From positions 55,187-119,186 of the forward strand of contig CAWBLL010000003.1 in NCBI GenBank assembly GCA_963789465.1: DNA of 64,000 nucleotides. The letters run 5' to 3'. This DNA is from an uncultured Bacteroidales bacterium (GTDB lineage Bacteria > Bacteroidota > Bacteroidia > Bacteroidales > VadinHA17). The position numbers and the translations under genes are program-made. Positions 44,912 through 54,906 of the stretch are shown piece after piece. The notes beneath the pieces are model-generated. The model did not search any database and was not told the DNA's origin. It saw only the letters and a list, made by a program, of their open reading frames with translations. The stretch's first letter is position 1. Each line of letters opens with the position of its first letter.

Positions 44912-46756
44912 TTATATTTCCTTTAATAATTCTATGCAACTTGTTTTAATCTCACTTATTGTAAAGGGTATGCCCTGTACCTTGTTTATCTGATGATATG
45001 TAAATTCCTGATGCTTCATTCTGAGATAGCCTGCCAGCTGACCAGAGTTCAATTCTGCAACTACAATCTTTTTAAATCTCGCCAGTACCTTGTTTAAGTT
45101 TTTAGGCAGGGGATTTATATAATTCAGATTTATCAGGCTGACCTTATATCCCTCGGTCTGCAATTCGCGGACTGCGGTAATAAGATATCCGTACGATCCG
45201 CCCCAGCCAATAACAAGAAGGTCACCCGGATCAGGGCCCTGAGGCACCAGGTCGGGTATTCCATCGGCAACCCTTGCGACTTTCTCGGCTCTCAGATTCA
45301 CCATTAACTCATGGTTTTCGGGATCATAAGAGACAGTCCCCTTCTCAGTCTTCTCCAGACCGCCGATCCTGTGTTCGAGTCCGGCAATACCTGGTACTGC
45401 CCACGATCTTGCCAGACTTTTCTCATCCCTCTTGTAAGGGAGGAAGGGAATGTCATTTTTATCAGCAATAGGGGGATTTATTTTTGGAAGATCCTTCATT
45501 TTTGGAATCCTCCACGGCTCGCTTCCATTTGCCAGGTAGCTGTCGCTCAGAAGAAGCACCGGCGTCATATGTTCAAGAGCAATTCTGGCAGCTTCAAAGG
45601 CATATTTAAAACAATCAGAGGGTGTACTGGCGGCCATAACAACTAACGGGCATTCTCCGTTTCTGCCAAACAATGCCTGCAGGAGATCCGACTGTTCTGT
45701 TTTTGTCGGCAAGCCGGTTGAAGGTCCGCTTCTCTGAACATCAATGATCACAAGCGGTAATTCCGTCATGACTGCCAGCCCCATAGCTTCTGACTTAAGA
45801 GACAAGCCTGGTCCCGAAGTGGAAGTCACAGCCAGATGACCGGCGAAACTGGCGCCAATGGCTGTACATATACCAGCTATCTCATCCTCAGCCTGAAAAC
45901 TCTTCACACCCAGATCCTTATGCGCAGCCAGTTCTTCAAGGATGCCTGTGGCCGGGGTTATCGGATATGAACCGATAAAGAGTTTCAGTCCCGATTTTTC
46001 AGCAGCAGCCATAAGACCCCAGGCAGTTGCCATATTTCCGGTAATATTACGATAGGTACCACTGGCAATATGGGCAGGAAGAATTTTATATACCGATCTA
46101 AGTGCCTGAATTGTTTCGGCATAATAGAATCCTGCCCGAAGAGCGATTTTATTTGCTTCTGCTATACCAGGTTTGTTCTTAAATTTCTTTTCGAAATATT
46201 TTTCAGTGTAATCGAGCTTGCGGTCAAAAAGCCAATAGACCATTCCCAGAGCAAACATGTTCTTTGTACGCACAATCGACTTGGGATCAAGTCCGAAATC
46301 CTTAAGCGCTTCCTTTACCATTGCAGATATGGGAGCTGCGATAACATTGTAACTCTCAAGCTTCTCCTCCTTTATCGGATCCTTCTCATAGCCTGCCTTT
46401 TCTATATTCTTTGCTGTAAAATTGTTATCATCATAGATTATTGTTCCTCCCGGCTTTATCCATTTCCCATTTGCCTTGATTGCTGCCGGATTCATTGCCA
46501 CAAGAACATCTGAAAAATCTCCGGGCATATTGATTTCCGAGTGACCCACATGAACCTGAAAACCCGATACTCCGCCAACAGTACCCTGAGGAGCACGGAT
46601 CTCTGCAGGATAATCCGGAAAAGTGGACAAGTCGTTTCCGAACAAAGCAGACGTATCGGAAAACAAAGTTCCCGTAAGCTGCATCCCGTCGCCTGAATCT
46701 CCCGAGAATCTGATTACCACCTCATCTCTTTCGATAACATCTGATCTTTTACCCAT
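44912..46756 (-). CDS. korA: 2-oxoacid:ferredoxin oxidoreductase alpha subunit (gamma-alpha fusion)
   Basis: FSGDSGDGMQLTG, YPAEIRAP, YPITPA, QAEDEIA, TSGPG, QRSGPSTGLPT. Start at ATG 46756. Confidence 0.92.
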   Translation of the reverse strand: MGKRSDVIERDEVVIRFSGDSGDGMQLTGTLFSDTSALFGNDLSTFPDYPAEIRAPQGTVGGVSGFQVHVGHSEINMPGDFSDVLVAMNPAAIKANGKWIKPGGTIIYDDNNFTAKNIEKAGYEKDPIKEEKLESYNVIAAPISAMVKEALKDFGLDPKSIVRTKNMFALGMVYWLFDRKLDYTEKYFEKKFKNKPGIAEANKIALRAGFYYAETIQALRSVYKILPAHIASGTYRNITGNMATAWGLMAAAEKSGLKLFIGSYPITPATGILEELAAHKDLGVKSFQAEDEIAGICTAIGASFAGHLAVTSTSGPGLSLKSEAMGLAVMTELPLVIIDVQRSGPSTGLPTKTEQSDLLQALFGRNGECPLVVMAASTPSDCFKYAFEAARIALEHMTPVLLLSDSYLANGSEPWRIPKMKDLPKINPPIADKNDIPFLPYKRDEKSLARSWAVPGIAGLEHRIGGLEKTEKGTVSYDPENHELMVNLRAEKVARVADGIPDLVPQGPDPGDLLVIGWGGSYGYLITAVRELQTEGYKVSLINLNYINPLPKNLNKVLARFKKIVVAELNSGQLAGYLRMKHQEFTYHQINKVQGIPFTISEIKTSCIELLKEI

Positions 46757-46773
46757 AATGACTAATAATTTAC

Positions 46774-46822
46774 TCTCACCTAATTTTTTTTTGACAGTCT
46801 CACCTAATTTTTTTTTTGACAG
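46774..46822. repeat. Tandem 24/25-bp direct repeat TCTCACCTAA-T9/T10-GACAG
   Basis: Two adjacent copies (46774-46797 and 46798-46822) that differ only in poly-T length. Confidence 0.92.
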
Positions 46823-47034
46823 ACTGAATAAAATTGATAACAAAATTAATATTTTATGATTTGATAAATAAACATTTAATGCATTCTGATATGATATTGA
46901 GCATGTTTAAAGACCCGGAGCTTCAGCTCCTATTTATTAATCTCCCATGGCCCTCCGGGTTCCGATTCTACAACAAACAAGCAACCCTTAGGTTCAAATT
47001 CGAATAGTGCATGGATCAGTGATATTAATCCCGG

Positions 47035-47835
47035 TTAGTTCCAGATATCTGATTTTTTCAGGTTGATTTCTCCCTCAAAGAACATCCTGGCGATCTTTTC
47101 AAAGTAAGGGGTGTAATCGGAAACAAAAAAAATGTCCTGCACCCTGCCCGAATTATTGAGGAGTCCTTTCTTTTCCAATGCATCCTTCAGGATAATTGAA
47201 ACAATACGTGCGGAGTCAATAACTTCAATATTGAAGTTAAATATTTTGCTTATCTGGTTCTTAATTATGGGATAGTGGGTGCATCCCAGGATTAGTGCCT
47301 GTATTCCGGCAAGCGACTCAGTAGTGAGATAGGCTCTTATTATGGCATTGCTTATGTCATCGAAAATAAAACCCTCTTCTATCATTGGTACCAGAAGTGG
47401 CGTTGCAAGTGAGACCACTTCGGTTGTCGGTGATTTTGCCTTTATCTTTTGTTCATAGGTGCCGGAACTGATTGTTCTCTTGGTACCGATAACACCTATC
47501 TTACTTAATTTCCTGGTACTGATATAATCGACGACAGGATCTATCACATCGAAAAGAATTGTTCTTTCCCTGAATTCTTCTTCAAGGATATCAAAGGCAG
47601 AAGCAGAGGCTGAATTACAGGCTACCAATACTACCTTGGAGCCATGTTCGAGAAGGAATTCCGTGATCCGGCGGGAATAATAACGTATCGCATCGGCTGA
47701 CTTATCTCCGTAGGGCAAATGTGCGGTATCACCGAAATATATAATGCTTTCACCAGGTAAAATCTGTTTGATGGCATGTGCTACAGTAAGACCGCCTACG
47801 CCTGAATCAAATATCCCGATCGGATTTTCTTTCAA
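47035..47835 (-). CDS. murI: Glutamate racemase
   Basis: PIGIFDSGVGGLTV, PYGDKS, VACNSAS, ILGCTHYP. TTG start at 47835, since the ORF-track extension runs through a terminator. Confidence 0.94.
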   Translation of the reverse strand: MKENPIGIFDSGVGGLTVAHAIKQILPGESIIYFGDTAHLPYGDKSADAIRYYSRRITEFLLEHGSKVVLVACNSASASAFDILEEEFRERTILFDVIDPVVDYISTRKLSKIGVIGTKRTISSGTYEQKIKAKSPTTEVVSLATPLLVPMIEEGFIFDDISNAIIRAYLTTESLAGIQALILGCTHYPIIKNQISKIFNFNIEVIDSARIVSIILKDALEKKGLLNNSGRVQDIFFVSDYTPYFEKIARMFFEGEINLKKSDIWN

Positions 47836-47850
47836 AGTATCTGATATATT

Positions 47851-47886
47851 AAAAAAATGACCATCTGCCTGCAGGCGGATGGTCAT
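47851..47886 (-). terminator. Intrinsic terminator after the skp genes
   Basis: 13-bp stem ATGACCATCTGCC-TGCA-GGCGGATGGTCAT with a T run on the minus strand. Confidence 0.85.
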
Positions 47887-47904
47887 ACATTCAGTCTGCA
47901 AAGG

Positions 47905-48429
47905 TTATTTTAACCCCAGTTTGGCTTTTGCCAGGGCCATAATATTGGTACTCTTTGATTCATCAAAGAAGAGAAGTGAACTGCCCTGTCCGACACTGAA
48001 GATGTAAACAAAACCATTTTCCTTCCCAACATCCTTGATCGCCTTATCGACTTTTGCCATTATGGGTTGAAACAATTCGGACTGTTTTTCCTGTAATTGC
48101 TGCTGGGCGTTGTTCTGAAATTCCTGGATCCGCTTGTTCATATCGGTAAGTTCCTGCTCTTTTGTCTGCTTTACAATATCAGTATAATTCTTGCTATCCT
48201 TATTATATGCATCACTTTTGTTGTTCAGCTCGACAGTCATCAGTTCAAGTGCATTGATAAGGTCCTTGCGGAATTTCTCAAGCTTTACGCTGGCTGAATC
48301 AAATTCAGGCATTGACTGAATCAATTCATCACTGTTAATATGTCCGAACTTTATATTCTGAGCTGACGCATTCTGACCTGACAGAGCAATAATAGCAAGA
48401 AATAAAGCTATTCCTATAAATCTTTTCAT
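47905..48429 (-). CDS. skp: OmpH/Skp family chaperone
   Basis: Signal peptide, KFGHINSDELIQSMPE, QPIMAKVDKAIKDVGKENG. Confidence 0.88.
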   Translation of the reverse strand: MKRFIGIALFLAIIALSGQNASAQNIKFGHINSDELIQSMPEFDSASVKLEKFRKDLINALELMTVELNNKSDAYNKDSKNYTDIVKQTKEQELTDMNKRIQEFQNNAQQQLQEKQSELFQPIMAKVDKAIKDVGKENGFVYIFSVGQGSSLLFFDESKSTNIMALAKAKLGLK

Positions 48430-48469
48430 TTTTAATAAATTATTAAACAATTTTTGCAAATGTAATTAA

Positions 48470-48985
48470 TTAATTCTTATAACCTAATTTTTCCAGAACC
48501 TGATCACTGATATCAAACTTCGGATTGGCAAAGAGGATGTTACCTCCTGAAGAAGTATCAAATATTACGGCATAACTACCGTCAACTGCGATCTCTTTTA
48601 TAGCCTTGAGAATCTCGTCCTGGATTGGTTTTACAAGTTCTTCGCGTTTTTTAAACAGATCGCCTTCCATTCCAAAATATTTGTTCTGAAGGTCCTTCAT
48701 CTCTTTTTCCTTGGCTATTATGGCTTCTTCCCTCTTGGTTTTCAGGTCCTGCGACAGCAATACTGACTCATTCTGATACGACTTATACATCTGTTCTACT
48801 ATTGCATAGCCATCGGCGACTTCTTTTTCCCATTGTTTGGAAAGTTTATCAAGCTGCTCCTGTGCAGCTGTGAAAGCCGGAATATTATTTCTTATATACT
48901 CGGAATCGACGAATGCATATTTCTGAGCAAAGGACATGGCCGAAGTCAGAAGCAATACTCCCATTAAAACGCCTATTTTTTTCAT
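48470..48985 (-). CDS. skp: OmpH/Skp family chaperone
   Basis: AQKYAFVDSEYI, KPIQDEI, DISDQVLEKLGY. Follows bamA. Confidence 0.9.
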   Translation of the reverse strand: MKKIGVLMGVLLLTSAMSFAQKYAFVDSEYIRNNIPAFTAAQEQLDKLSKQWEKEVADGYAIVEQMYKSYQNESVLLSQDLKTKREEAIIAKEKEMKDLQNKYFGMEGDLFKKREELVKPIQDEILKAIKEIAVDGSYAVIFDTSSGGNILFANPKFDISDQVLEKLGYKN

Positions 48986-49011
48986 GATTAAAGGAATTAA
49001 TATTTATTTAA

Positions 49012-51534
49012 TTAAAACTGCTGACCAATTATAAAATGTATCTGCGAATGATTGGCATTTTGCTGGCCTGTAGGAACCGGATCAAAGCCATAACCCCAGT
49101 CTATGCCAAGGAGACCGAACATCGGGAGGTTTGCCCTGAGCCCAAAACCGGCAGCACGGCACATTTTGAACGGATTGTATTCCTTGAGCGAATACCATGC
49201 CCTGCCTGTTTCCAGAAAGCCCAGTCCATAAATTGTAGCCTGTGGATTAAGGGAGATGGGGTACCTTAATTCAAAAGTGATTTTTGAATAAACGTTGCCC
49301 GAAGGATTGTAGGTCCCGGGTTTATATGGAGTAAGCGATCCGTTTGTATATCCCCTCTGGGAAATGACATCGCGTCCGTAGAAGCTGTAGCCTGACATAC
49401 CGTCACCACCTACATAGAAGTATTCAAAGGGTGAAGGACCTATATCTGGATTGTAGTATCCCAGATATCCAAAGGCAAATTTTGCATTGAGTACCATCTT
49501 GTCATCCCTCGTGATCGGGTAGTAATAATCAGCCTTGAATTGCCACTTATGGAATTCGATGAATTTATATTTTTCCTCGACAGGCAGATTAGCCATATTC
49601 TTGCCGCTGATAAGCGAATATGGCGGAGTCAGCTGCAGTGAAAGCGTAAAGGAAGATCCGCTCCTGGGATAGATCAGGTTCGGGCTTGTTGAAAACCTCG
49701 TAAGCTTCATCTGGAGGCTGATCAGGTTGGAGGTTCCGTTATCGAACAAAAAGCTGTAAACGTTATAGTCTTTAAGAAAATACCTCTGGTAATTAAGTTC
49801 CCCGTAAAGAGAGAAGTAATCATCGGGCCATTCAAGTCTTTTACCCAGCCCGAGAGTCACCCCGTCGATTATCATTGACTGGTACCCGTCATCCGACTTT
49901 TTCTTTCCGTTTGTCATTATCGACCGGTAAGTGGATATGGAAAAAGTATTAGGCTTTTTCCCTCCCAGCCATGGTTCGACGAAAGAGATATTATACGACT
50001 GGTACACCCGACCGTTAGACTGCACCCTGAGGCTTAGTGACTGTCCATCACCTGAAGGATAGGGCTTCCATTCCTTCAGTTTGAAGAAATTGCGCATAGC
50101 GAAATTATTGAACCTGACACCAACAGTACCAACCAGCATTCCGGCACCCCAGCCACCGGAGATCTCAAACTGGTCATTTGGTTTCTCTTCAAGTTTATAA
50201 AGCAGGTCAACCGTTCCGTTTATCATGTCGGGCAGTGGAGTCGGACTGATCTTTTCTGCGTCGAAATGTCCCAGAACACCTAACTGCCTGATAGACCTTA
50301 ATATTTTATCCTTGCTGAAAAGATCACCGGGGAGGGTATATAGTTCACGCCGTGCAACATGTTCATTCGTTCTTGTGTTCCCCGAAATCAGCACATTGTT
50401 CAGATAGGCCTGGTCTCCCTCATATATCCTGACTTCCAGGTCAACCGAATCATTTTCAACTTTGGCTTCCACGGGTGTAAGCCGCGAAAAGAGGTATCCG
50501 TAATCCTGATAAAGGGAACTCACTGCATCCTGCGCTCCTTTTGTGCCATTGAGCCTGTCTTCGATGAGAGACTGATTATATACCGATCCCTTTTTGACAT
50601 TGAATACCTGCTGAAGAGCCTCCTTTCTGTAGACACTGTTCCCCACCCAATCGACATTCCTGAGGAAATACTGAGTTCCCTCCTCAACCTTGAGAATCAA
50701 ACCCACACGGTCTTCTGAAACAGTATAAAGTGAATCAGAAAGAATAGTAAAATCCTTGAACCCATTATCATTATAAAAAGATCTTAATTTAAGTTTATCC
50801 TCTTCATACTTTGACTTGATGAATTTGGAGGCTCTGAAGAAATTGGCATTTTTCACCTTGGTCCCCTTCATCTGCTTTCGAAGCTTTGACGATGTAAAAA
50901 ATTCATTTCCTTCAAAGGTGATATCAGCAATCTTAACTTTATCATGTTTATCCACAGCTACCACCAGAATAACATTATTTGGCCTGTCAGGGTCCTCCTT
51001 TTGTATAAAATCCACACTAGTGTTAAGAAAACCTTTTTCTACAAAATGGTCTTTAATGATTTTGTCGGCACTGGTGAGCAGATATTCGGTAATCTGTGAT
51101 CCAACCGGCAGGTTTAGCTTCTTAACAAGATCATCCTGCTCCGACTTCTTCAGTCCAGTGTATTTGACTGATGAAATCCTGGGTCTCTCCTGAAGGTAAA
51201 TATCCAGATATACTGAATCAGAAACAACTTTTGTTATTGTGATCCTGATATCGGAAAAGAGGCCCTGTTGCCATAATTTTTCCACTGCAGTTTTCAGGAC
51301 TTCGCCCGGTATGGTGATCTCCTGGCCCAGCCTCAGTCCTGAAATTCCTATCAGCGCATTTGTGTCAAGAAACCTGATGCCTGAAATACTCACTCCTCCT
51401 ATTACATAATCATCAGAAGTCATGAAATCAAAAATCTTTGTTTTTTCCTGGGCGCTTACTGACAGACTCAAAAGAGTCAGAGATATAAATAAAAATATGC
51501 TTTCAATTCTTCTGATAACCATGTGTTTCATCAT
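49012..51534 (-). CDS. bamA: Outer membrane protein assembly factor BamA
   Basis: POTRA repeats (GNTRTNEHVARREL), EISGGWG, SFVEPW, QRGY, ELRYP, GIDWGYGFD, C-terminal GQQF. Confidence 0.93.
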   Translation of the reverse strand: MMKHMVIRRIESIFLFISLTLLSLSVSAQEKTKIFDFMTSDDYVIGGVSISGIRFLDTNALIGISGLRLGQEITIPGEVLKTAVEKLWQQGLFSDIRITITKVVSDSVYLDIYLQERPRISSVKYTGLKKSEQDDLVKKLNLPVGSQITEYLLTSADKIIKDHFVEKGFLNTSVDFIQKEDPDRPNNVILVVAVDKHDKVKIADITFEGNEFFTSSKLRKQMKGTKVKNANFFRASKFIKSKYEEDKLKLRSFYNDNGFKDFTILSDSLYTVSEDRVGLILKVEEGTQYFLRNVDWVGNSVYRKEALQQVFNVKKGSVYNQSLIEDRLNGTKGAQDAVSSLYQDYGYLFSRLTPVEAKVENDSVDLEVRIYEGDQAYLNNVLISGNTRTNEHVARRELYTLPGDLFSKDKILRSIRQLGVLGHFDAEKISPTPLPDMINGTVDLLYKLEEKPNDQFEISGGWGAGMLVGTVGVRFNNFAMRNFFKLKEWKPYPSGDGQSLSLRVQSNGRVYQSYNISFVEPWLGGKKPNTFSISTYRSIMTNGKKKSDDGYQSMIIDGVTLGLGKRLEWPDDYFSLYGELNYQRYFLKDYNVYSFLFDNGTSNLISLQMKLTRFSTSPNLIYPRSGSSFTLSLQLTPPYSLISGKNMANLPVEEKYKFIEFHKWQFKADYYYPITRDDKMVLNAKFAFGYLGYYNPDIGPSPFEYFYVGGDGMSGYSFYGRDVISQRGYTNGSLTPYKPGTYNPSGNVYSKITFELRYPISLNPQATIYGLGFLETGRAWYSLKEYNPFKMCRAAGFGLRANLPMFGLLGIDWGYGFDPVPTGQQNANHSQIHFIIGQQF

Positions 51535-52277
51535 TTATCCAAAACCTGTTCACTCGTTTTTCCAAATCGTCTTTCTCTCTTTTGGAAGTCTATTATAGCT
51601 TCATAAAAATCCTCTTTATTAAAATCAGGCCAGAGTTTATCTGTAAAGTATAATTCAGTATATGCAAGCTGCCACAGCAGAAAATTACTAATTCGCAGTT
51701 CCCCGCTTGTCCTTATCATAAGTTCAGGATCAGGGATGCCCTTTGTAGTAAGGTAGTGTTCAAAGTCTTTCTCATTAAAAGATGCTGCATCAAGTCTTCC
51801 TGCGGATATTTCTGCGGAGATCCGTCTTGCGGCTTCAGTAATCTCCCAGCGGGAACTGTAACTCAGAGCAACGATCAGGCTCAGCCCTGTACATTCTTCT
51901 GTCAGCTTTATTGTATCAAAAAGTCTTTCTCTGACATCCTCAGCAAGCCTCCCCAGATCTCCGATTGTTTTCAGGCTGATATTGTTTTTAATCAGAGTTT
52001 CAGTTTCTTTATTGAGAGAATCCACCATGATCCCCATTAATGCAGTAACTTCATCATTCGGTCTTCCCCAGTTCTCAGTAGAGAAGGCATAAAGTGTCAG
52101 AAATTTTATCCCGAGTTCACTGGCTGCTTCAATTATGCTCCTCACTGAATTGACACCCTGCTGATGTCCAAAAATCCTGTCCAGATTTCTCTGGCGTGCC
52201 CATCGCCCGTTGCCATCCATAATTATAGCAATATGAGATGGTAGTTTATCGGTATTTATACGTTTCCTTAGGGGCAT
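51531..52277 (-). CDS. uppS: Undecaprenyl diphosphate synthase
   Basis: HIAIIMDGNGRWA, YAFSTENW, IRTSGELRISNFLLWQ, RERRFG. Confidence 0.96.
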   Translation of the reverse strand: MPLRKRINTDKLPSHIAIIMDGNGRWARQRNLDRIFGHQQGVNSVRSIIEAASELGIKFLTLYAFSTENWGRPNDEVTALMGIMVDSLNKETETLIKNNISLKTIGDLGRLAEDVRERLFDTIKLTEECTGLSLIVALSYSSRWEITEAARRISAEISAGRLDAASFNEKDFEHYLTTKGIPDPELMIRTSGELRISNFLLWQLAYTELYFTDKLWPDFNKEDFYEAIIDFQKRERRFGKTSEQVLDK

Positions 52278-52280
52278 TAC

Positions 52281-52988
52281 CTACCGTTTTCTTTTAAGGG
52301 CCACATCATTGTAAGCAGGACATCCTGCCAGCTTACTGTAGATCTTCCATGTAACCGAAACTCCGGTGAAGGTGTACCAGTCATTGTTGTGTGTCCATGT
52401 ATAATCAGATGGGGCAACCAAATCATTTAAGCCGTCAAAGTTATCATAAAATGTTTTACGAAAACCATATTCCGCTTCCAATCCGATATTTTTATGGATA
52501 TTGATCTTGAAACCAATGGAGAAGGGAATCATCGGAACAACAGCTGAAGATGGCAAACTGGTATTAGGATTAACCACAGAGGTCACATGCACATAAGTCC
52601 CCCCTATGCCTGCAGCAAAATAGGGAGAAAAATTCCAAAGTTTCCCCATCGTGGAATATGGAAAGAAGTTGAATTCATACTGTACGGCAAACTCAGAAAC
52701 ATTTCCCTCAAAACCTGATCCCCTTGCTCTCTGAAAGTCATTATTAAAATCCAGATCACTGCCTCTTAGTCCACCATGAATGATATCAGCACGGATGGCC
52801 TGTCTCGGATGAAAATTATACCTGTAAAAAATACCTCCGGCAAGCCGTGGTGAATATAATAGCCTGCCAGGGTTAATATCGCCCATGTAAGAGGTGACAC
52901 CAGCCATAACTCCAAAATCAGAATTACGCTGGGCCGAGAGGCTCAGCACCAAGAGTAACAAAAACAAAATACCTGATAATCTTTTCAT
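52281..52988 (-). CDS. DUF6089 / PorG-like outer-membrane beta-barrel
   Basis: GVTSYMGDIN, YRYNF, EFNFF, RKTFYDNFDG, NNDWY. Immediately upstream of uppS-bamA. Confidence 0.75.
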   Translation of the reverse strand: MKRLSGILFLLLLVLSLSAQRNSDFGVMAGVTSYMGDINPGRLLYSPRLAGGIFYRYNFHPRQAIRADIIHGGLRGSDLDFNNDFQRARGSGFEGNVSEFAVQYEFNFFPYSTMGKLWNFSPYFAAGIGGTYVHVTSVVNPNTSLPSSAVVPMIPFSIGFKINIHKNIGLEAEYGFRKTFYDNFDGLNDLVAPSDYTWTHNNDWYTFTGVSVTWKIYSKLAGCPAYNDVALKRKR

Positions 52989-53006
52989 TAAAAGTGATCC
53001 AGCTCT

Positions 53007-53753
53007 TTATCTGAAGGATGGAAAAATTCTTTTCTTTATCTTCAACCTGTATGTAACAGAGAGGTTGAAAAAATAATAAACGTCATTTGCGCTGGAATAT
53101 TGCGAAGTATAACCATCAAGATTATCACTAAAAGCATACCTGAAGCCTAATTCCATTCCAAACTTGAAGTTAGGATATGCCGACATCGATCCGCCGACAC
53201 CAAGGGGTATGACACCCGTAAATCCACTGTCGACCAATCCATGTTCTGCAAGCTTATTGTTTGGATTAATGGAGTAACTCAGTCCTCCTATCCCGGTAAA
53301 AGCATAGAAGTCGAGAGATTTAAAAAGTCCAACCATGCCTCTTCCCCTGCCTTTGTTGAAAAGATAGCTTGTTTCAGTTCTGTTCTTTACAAAATAATAT
53401 TCACCGATAAGGGCGGGCTCAAAAATGGTTGTGGAAGCCTCAAATCCTCTTCTTTCATTGGAGCCCCTTTCGTCGGTAGCCTGCAAAAGTGCGGTGCTCA
53501 GGCTTAACCGTAAATTAATAACCTGGGAAATCCTGTATTTAATACTGAAATTTACACTGTATCTTGTCTGGAGAAATGAAATGTCTTTCAGTCCCCAGCT
53601 GTTTTTACCATGAGAAAAACCTCCTATGTCACCAAAAAATGTTGCAGTTCCGATACCTGCGGTCAATTCAATCCGCTTTAGTTTCCACAGCTGTGCTTCA
53701 GATATAGTAACAATAATGCCAAGAAATAGAGTGGTTAGGATTAGCCGTTTCAT
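53007..53753 (-). CDS. DUF6089-like outer-membrane beta-barrel, second paralog
   Basis: Signal peptide, FFGDIGG, RYAFSDNLDGY, NDVYYF. TATATTTG promoter at 53776-53783. Confidence 0.65.
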   Translation of the reverse strand: MKRLILTTLFLGIIVTISEAQLWKLKRIELTAGIGTATFFGDIGGFSHGKNSWGLKDISFLQTRYSVNFSIKYRISQVINLRLSLSTALLQATDERGSNERRGFEASTTIFEPALIGEYYFVKNRTETSYLFNKGRGRGMVGLFKSLDFYAFTGIGGLSYSINPNNKLAEHGLVDSGFTGVIPLGVGGSMSAYPNFKFGMELGFRYAFSDNLDGYTSQYSSANDVYYFFNLSVTYRLKIKKRIFPSFR

Positions 53754-53939
53754 CAAAAAATTGTTCTTTATCTTACAAATATAATAATCAATTAATAAGG
53801 AGGTACATAAATATGCTTCAAAAATAAGATAATGTTCAAATTATGTGAACTAAACCTCTACAGCCAGATTCTTAAACCATACCCGCTTATTCTATTACCC
53901 GTGTAAATAAGCCACTGTAAGGAGAGTTGCAAAATTGGT

Positions 53940-54827
53940 TCAGTTTCTTCGGTCAGCACCCCACATCAGCTTGTTTCTCAGAGTACTATAGAAATCCATC
54001 CCCTTCAGCATGACTGTCCGGAGCTTATGATCTGATTTTTCAATATGCAGTTCCTGACCAAATGGCAACCTCTTCGATCTGAAATCGCATGTAGCCAGAT
54101 ATTCATCGCTTCTGCCTTCAATTACCATTCTGAGAACACTGTCTCCGGATACAATGATGGGGCGGATCGTAAGGTTATGAGGGGCAATGGGGGAAATAAT
54201 AATACTCTGGTCCTCAGGTGAGAGTATTGGCCCGCCGACACTCAGATTATAGGCAGTGGAACCTGTGGCTGTTGATATTATCAGTCCGTCAGCCCAGTAA
54301 GTATTTAGATAGACACCATCGATATGAACATGAATTGTGATCATGCTCAGATCAGCCTTCTGTATTGTAACTTCATTCAGAGCGGCAGAGGAGCCATGGT
54401 CGAACAGAGGGGATGGCTGGGTCACCTCAAGAAGAGATCTTTCTATTGTCATGTATTCGCCCTGGCAAAGCAAATCTATCGACTGGCTCAGCTCATCTTC
54501 AGATATATTTGCGAGAAAGCCCATTCTGCCGGTATTTACTCCGGCAACCGGGATCTCAAAATCCTTTATCCTGAGGACAGTCTCAAGGAAGGTCCCGTCA
54601 CCTCCTACACTAAGAACCAGATCCGGTAAGCCTGAAACTTTCGACAGATCGGTGAAACTCTCAATGAGCTCTCCTCCCGGACATAGGATAGCATCGTCCG
54701 ACCTCTGATAAATCTGAATCTTTATTCCTCTCCTGCAAAACTCGTTTACCAGCCGGCTTACTCCCTGCCTGGTTTTGGGCTTGGTATCCTTACTATAAAT
54801 TGCGACTCTGCTGAGATTGTTTTTCAT
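53940..54827 (-). CDS. nadK: NAD kinase
   Basis: GGDGTFL, GVNTGRMGFLA, ALNE, ADGLIISTATGSTAYNLSVGGP. Confidence 0.95.
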   Translation of the reverse strand: MKNNLSRVAIYSKDTKPKTRQGVSRLVNEFCRRGIKIQIYQRSDDAILCPGGELIESFTDLSKVSGLPDLVLSVGGDGTFLETVLRIKDFEIPVAGVNTGRMGFLANISEDELSQSIDLLCQGEYMTIERSLLEVTQPSPLFDHGSSAALNEVTIQKADLSMITIHVHIDGVYLNTYWADGLIISTATGSTAYNLSVGGPILSPEDQSIIISPIAPHNLTIRPIIVSGDSVLRMVIEGRSDEYLATCDFRSKRLPFGQELHIEKSDHKLRTVMLKGMDFYSTLRNKLMWGADRRN

Positions 54828-54906
54828 GGAAATTTGTTTTTTCGCTTCTCCGGGATTAATCCGTGAGCTCATATTTCACAACCGGTAAGATTATTGCAGT
54901 GCCCTA

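Noticed and set aside
46757-46843. N-terminal extension of KorA (KKKLGE x2) in the ORF track
   Set aside because: It is a translation of the upstream DNA duplication. Homology begins at Met 46756.
47836-47901. N-terminal extension of MurI
   Set aside because: It spans the skp terminator hairpin. TTG 47835 fits the family start.
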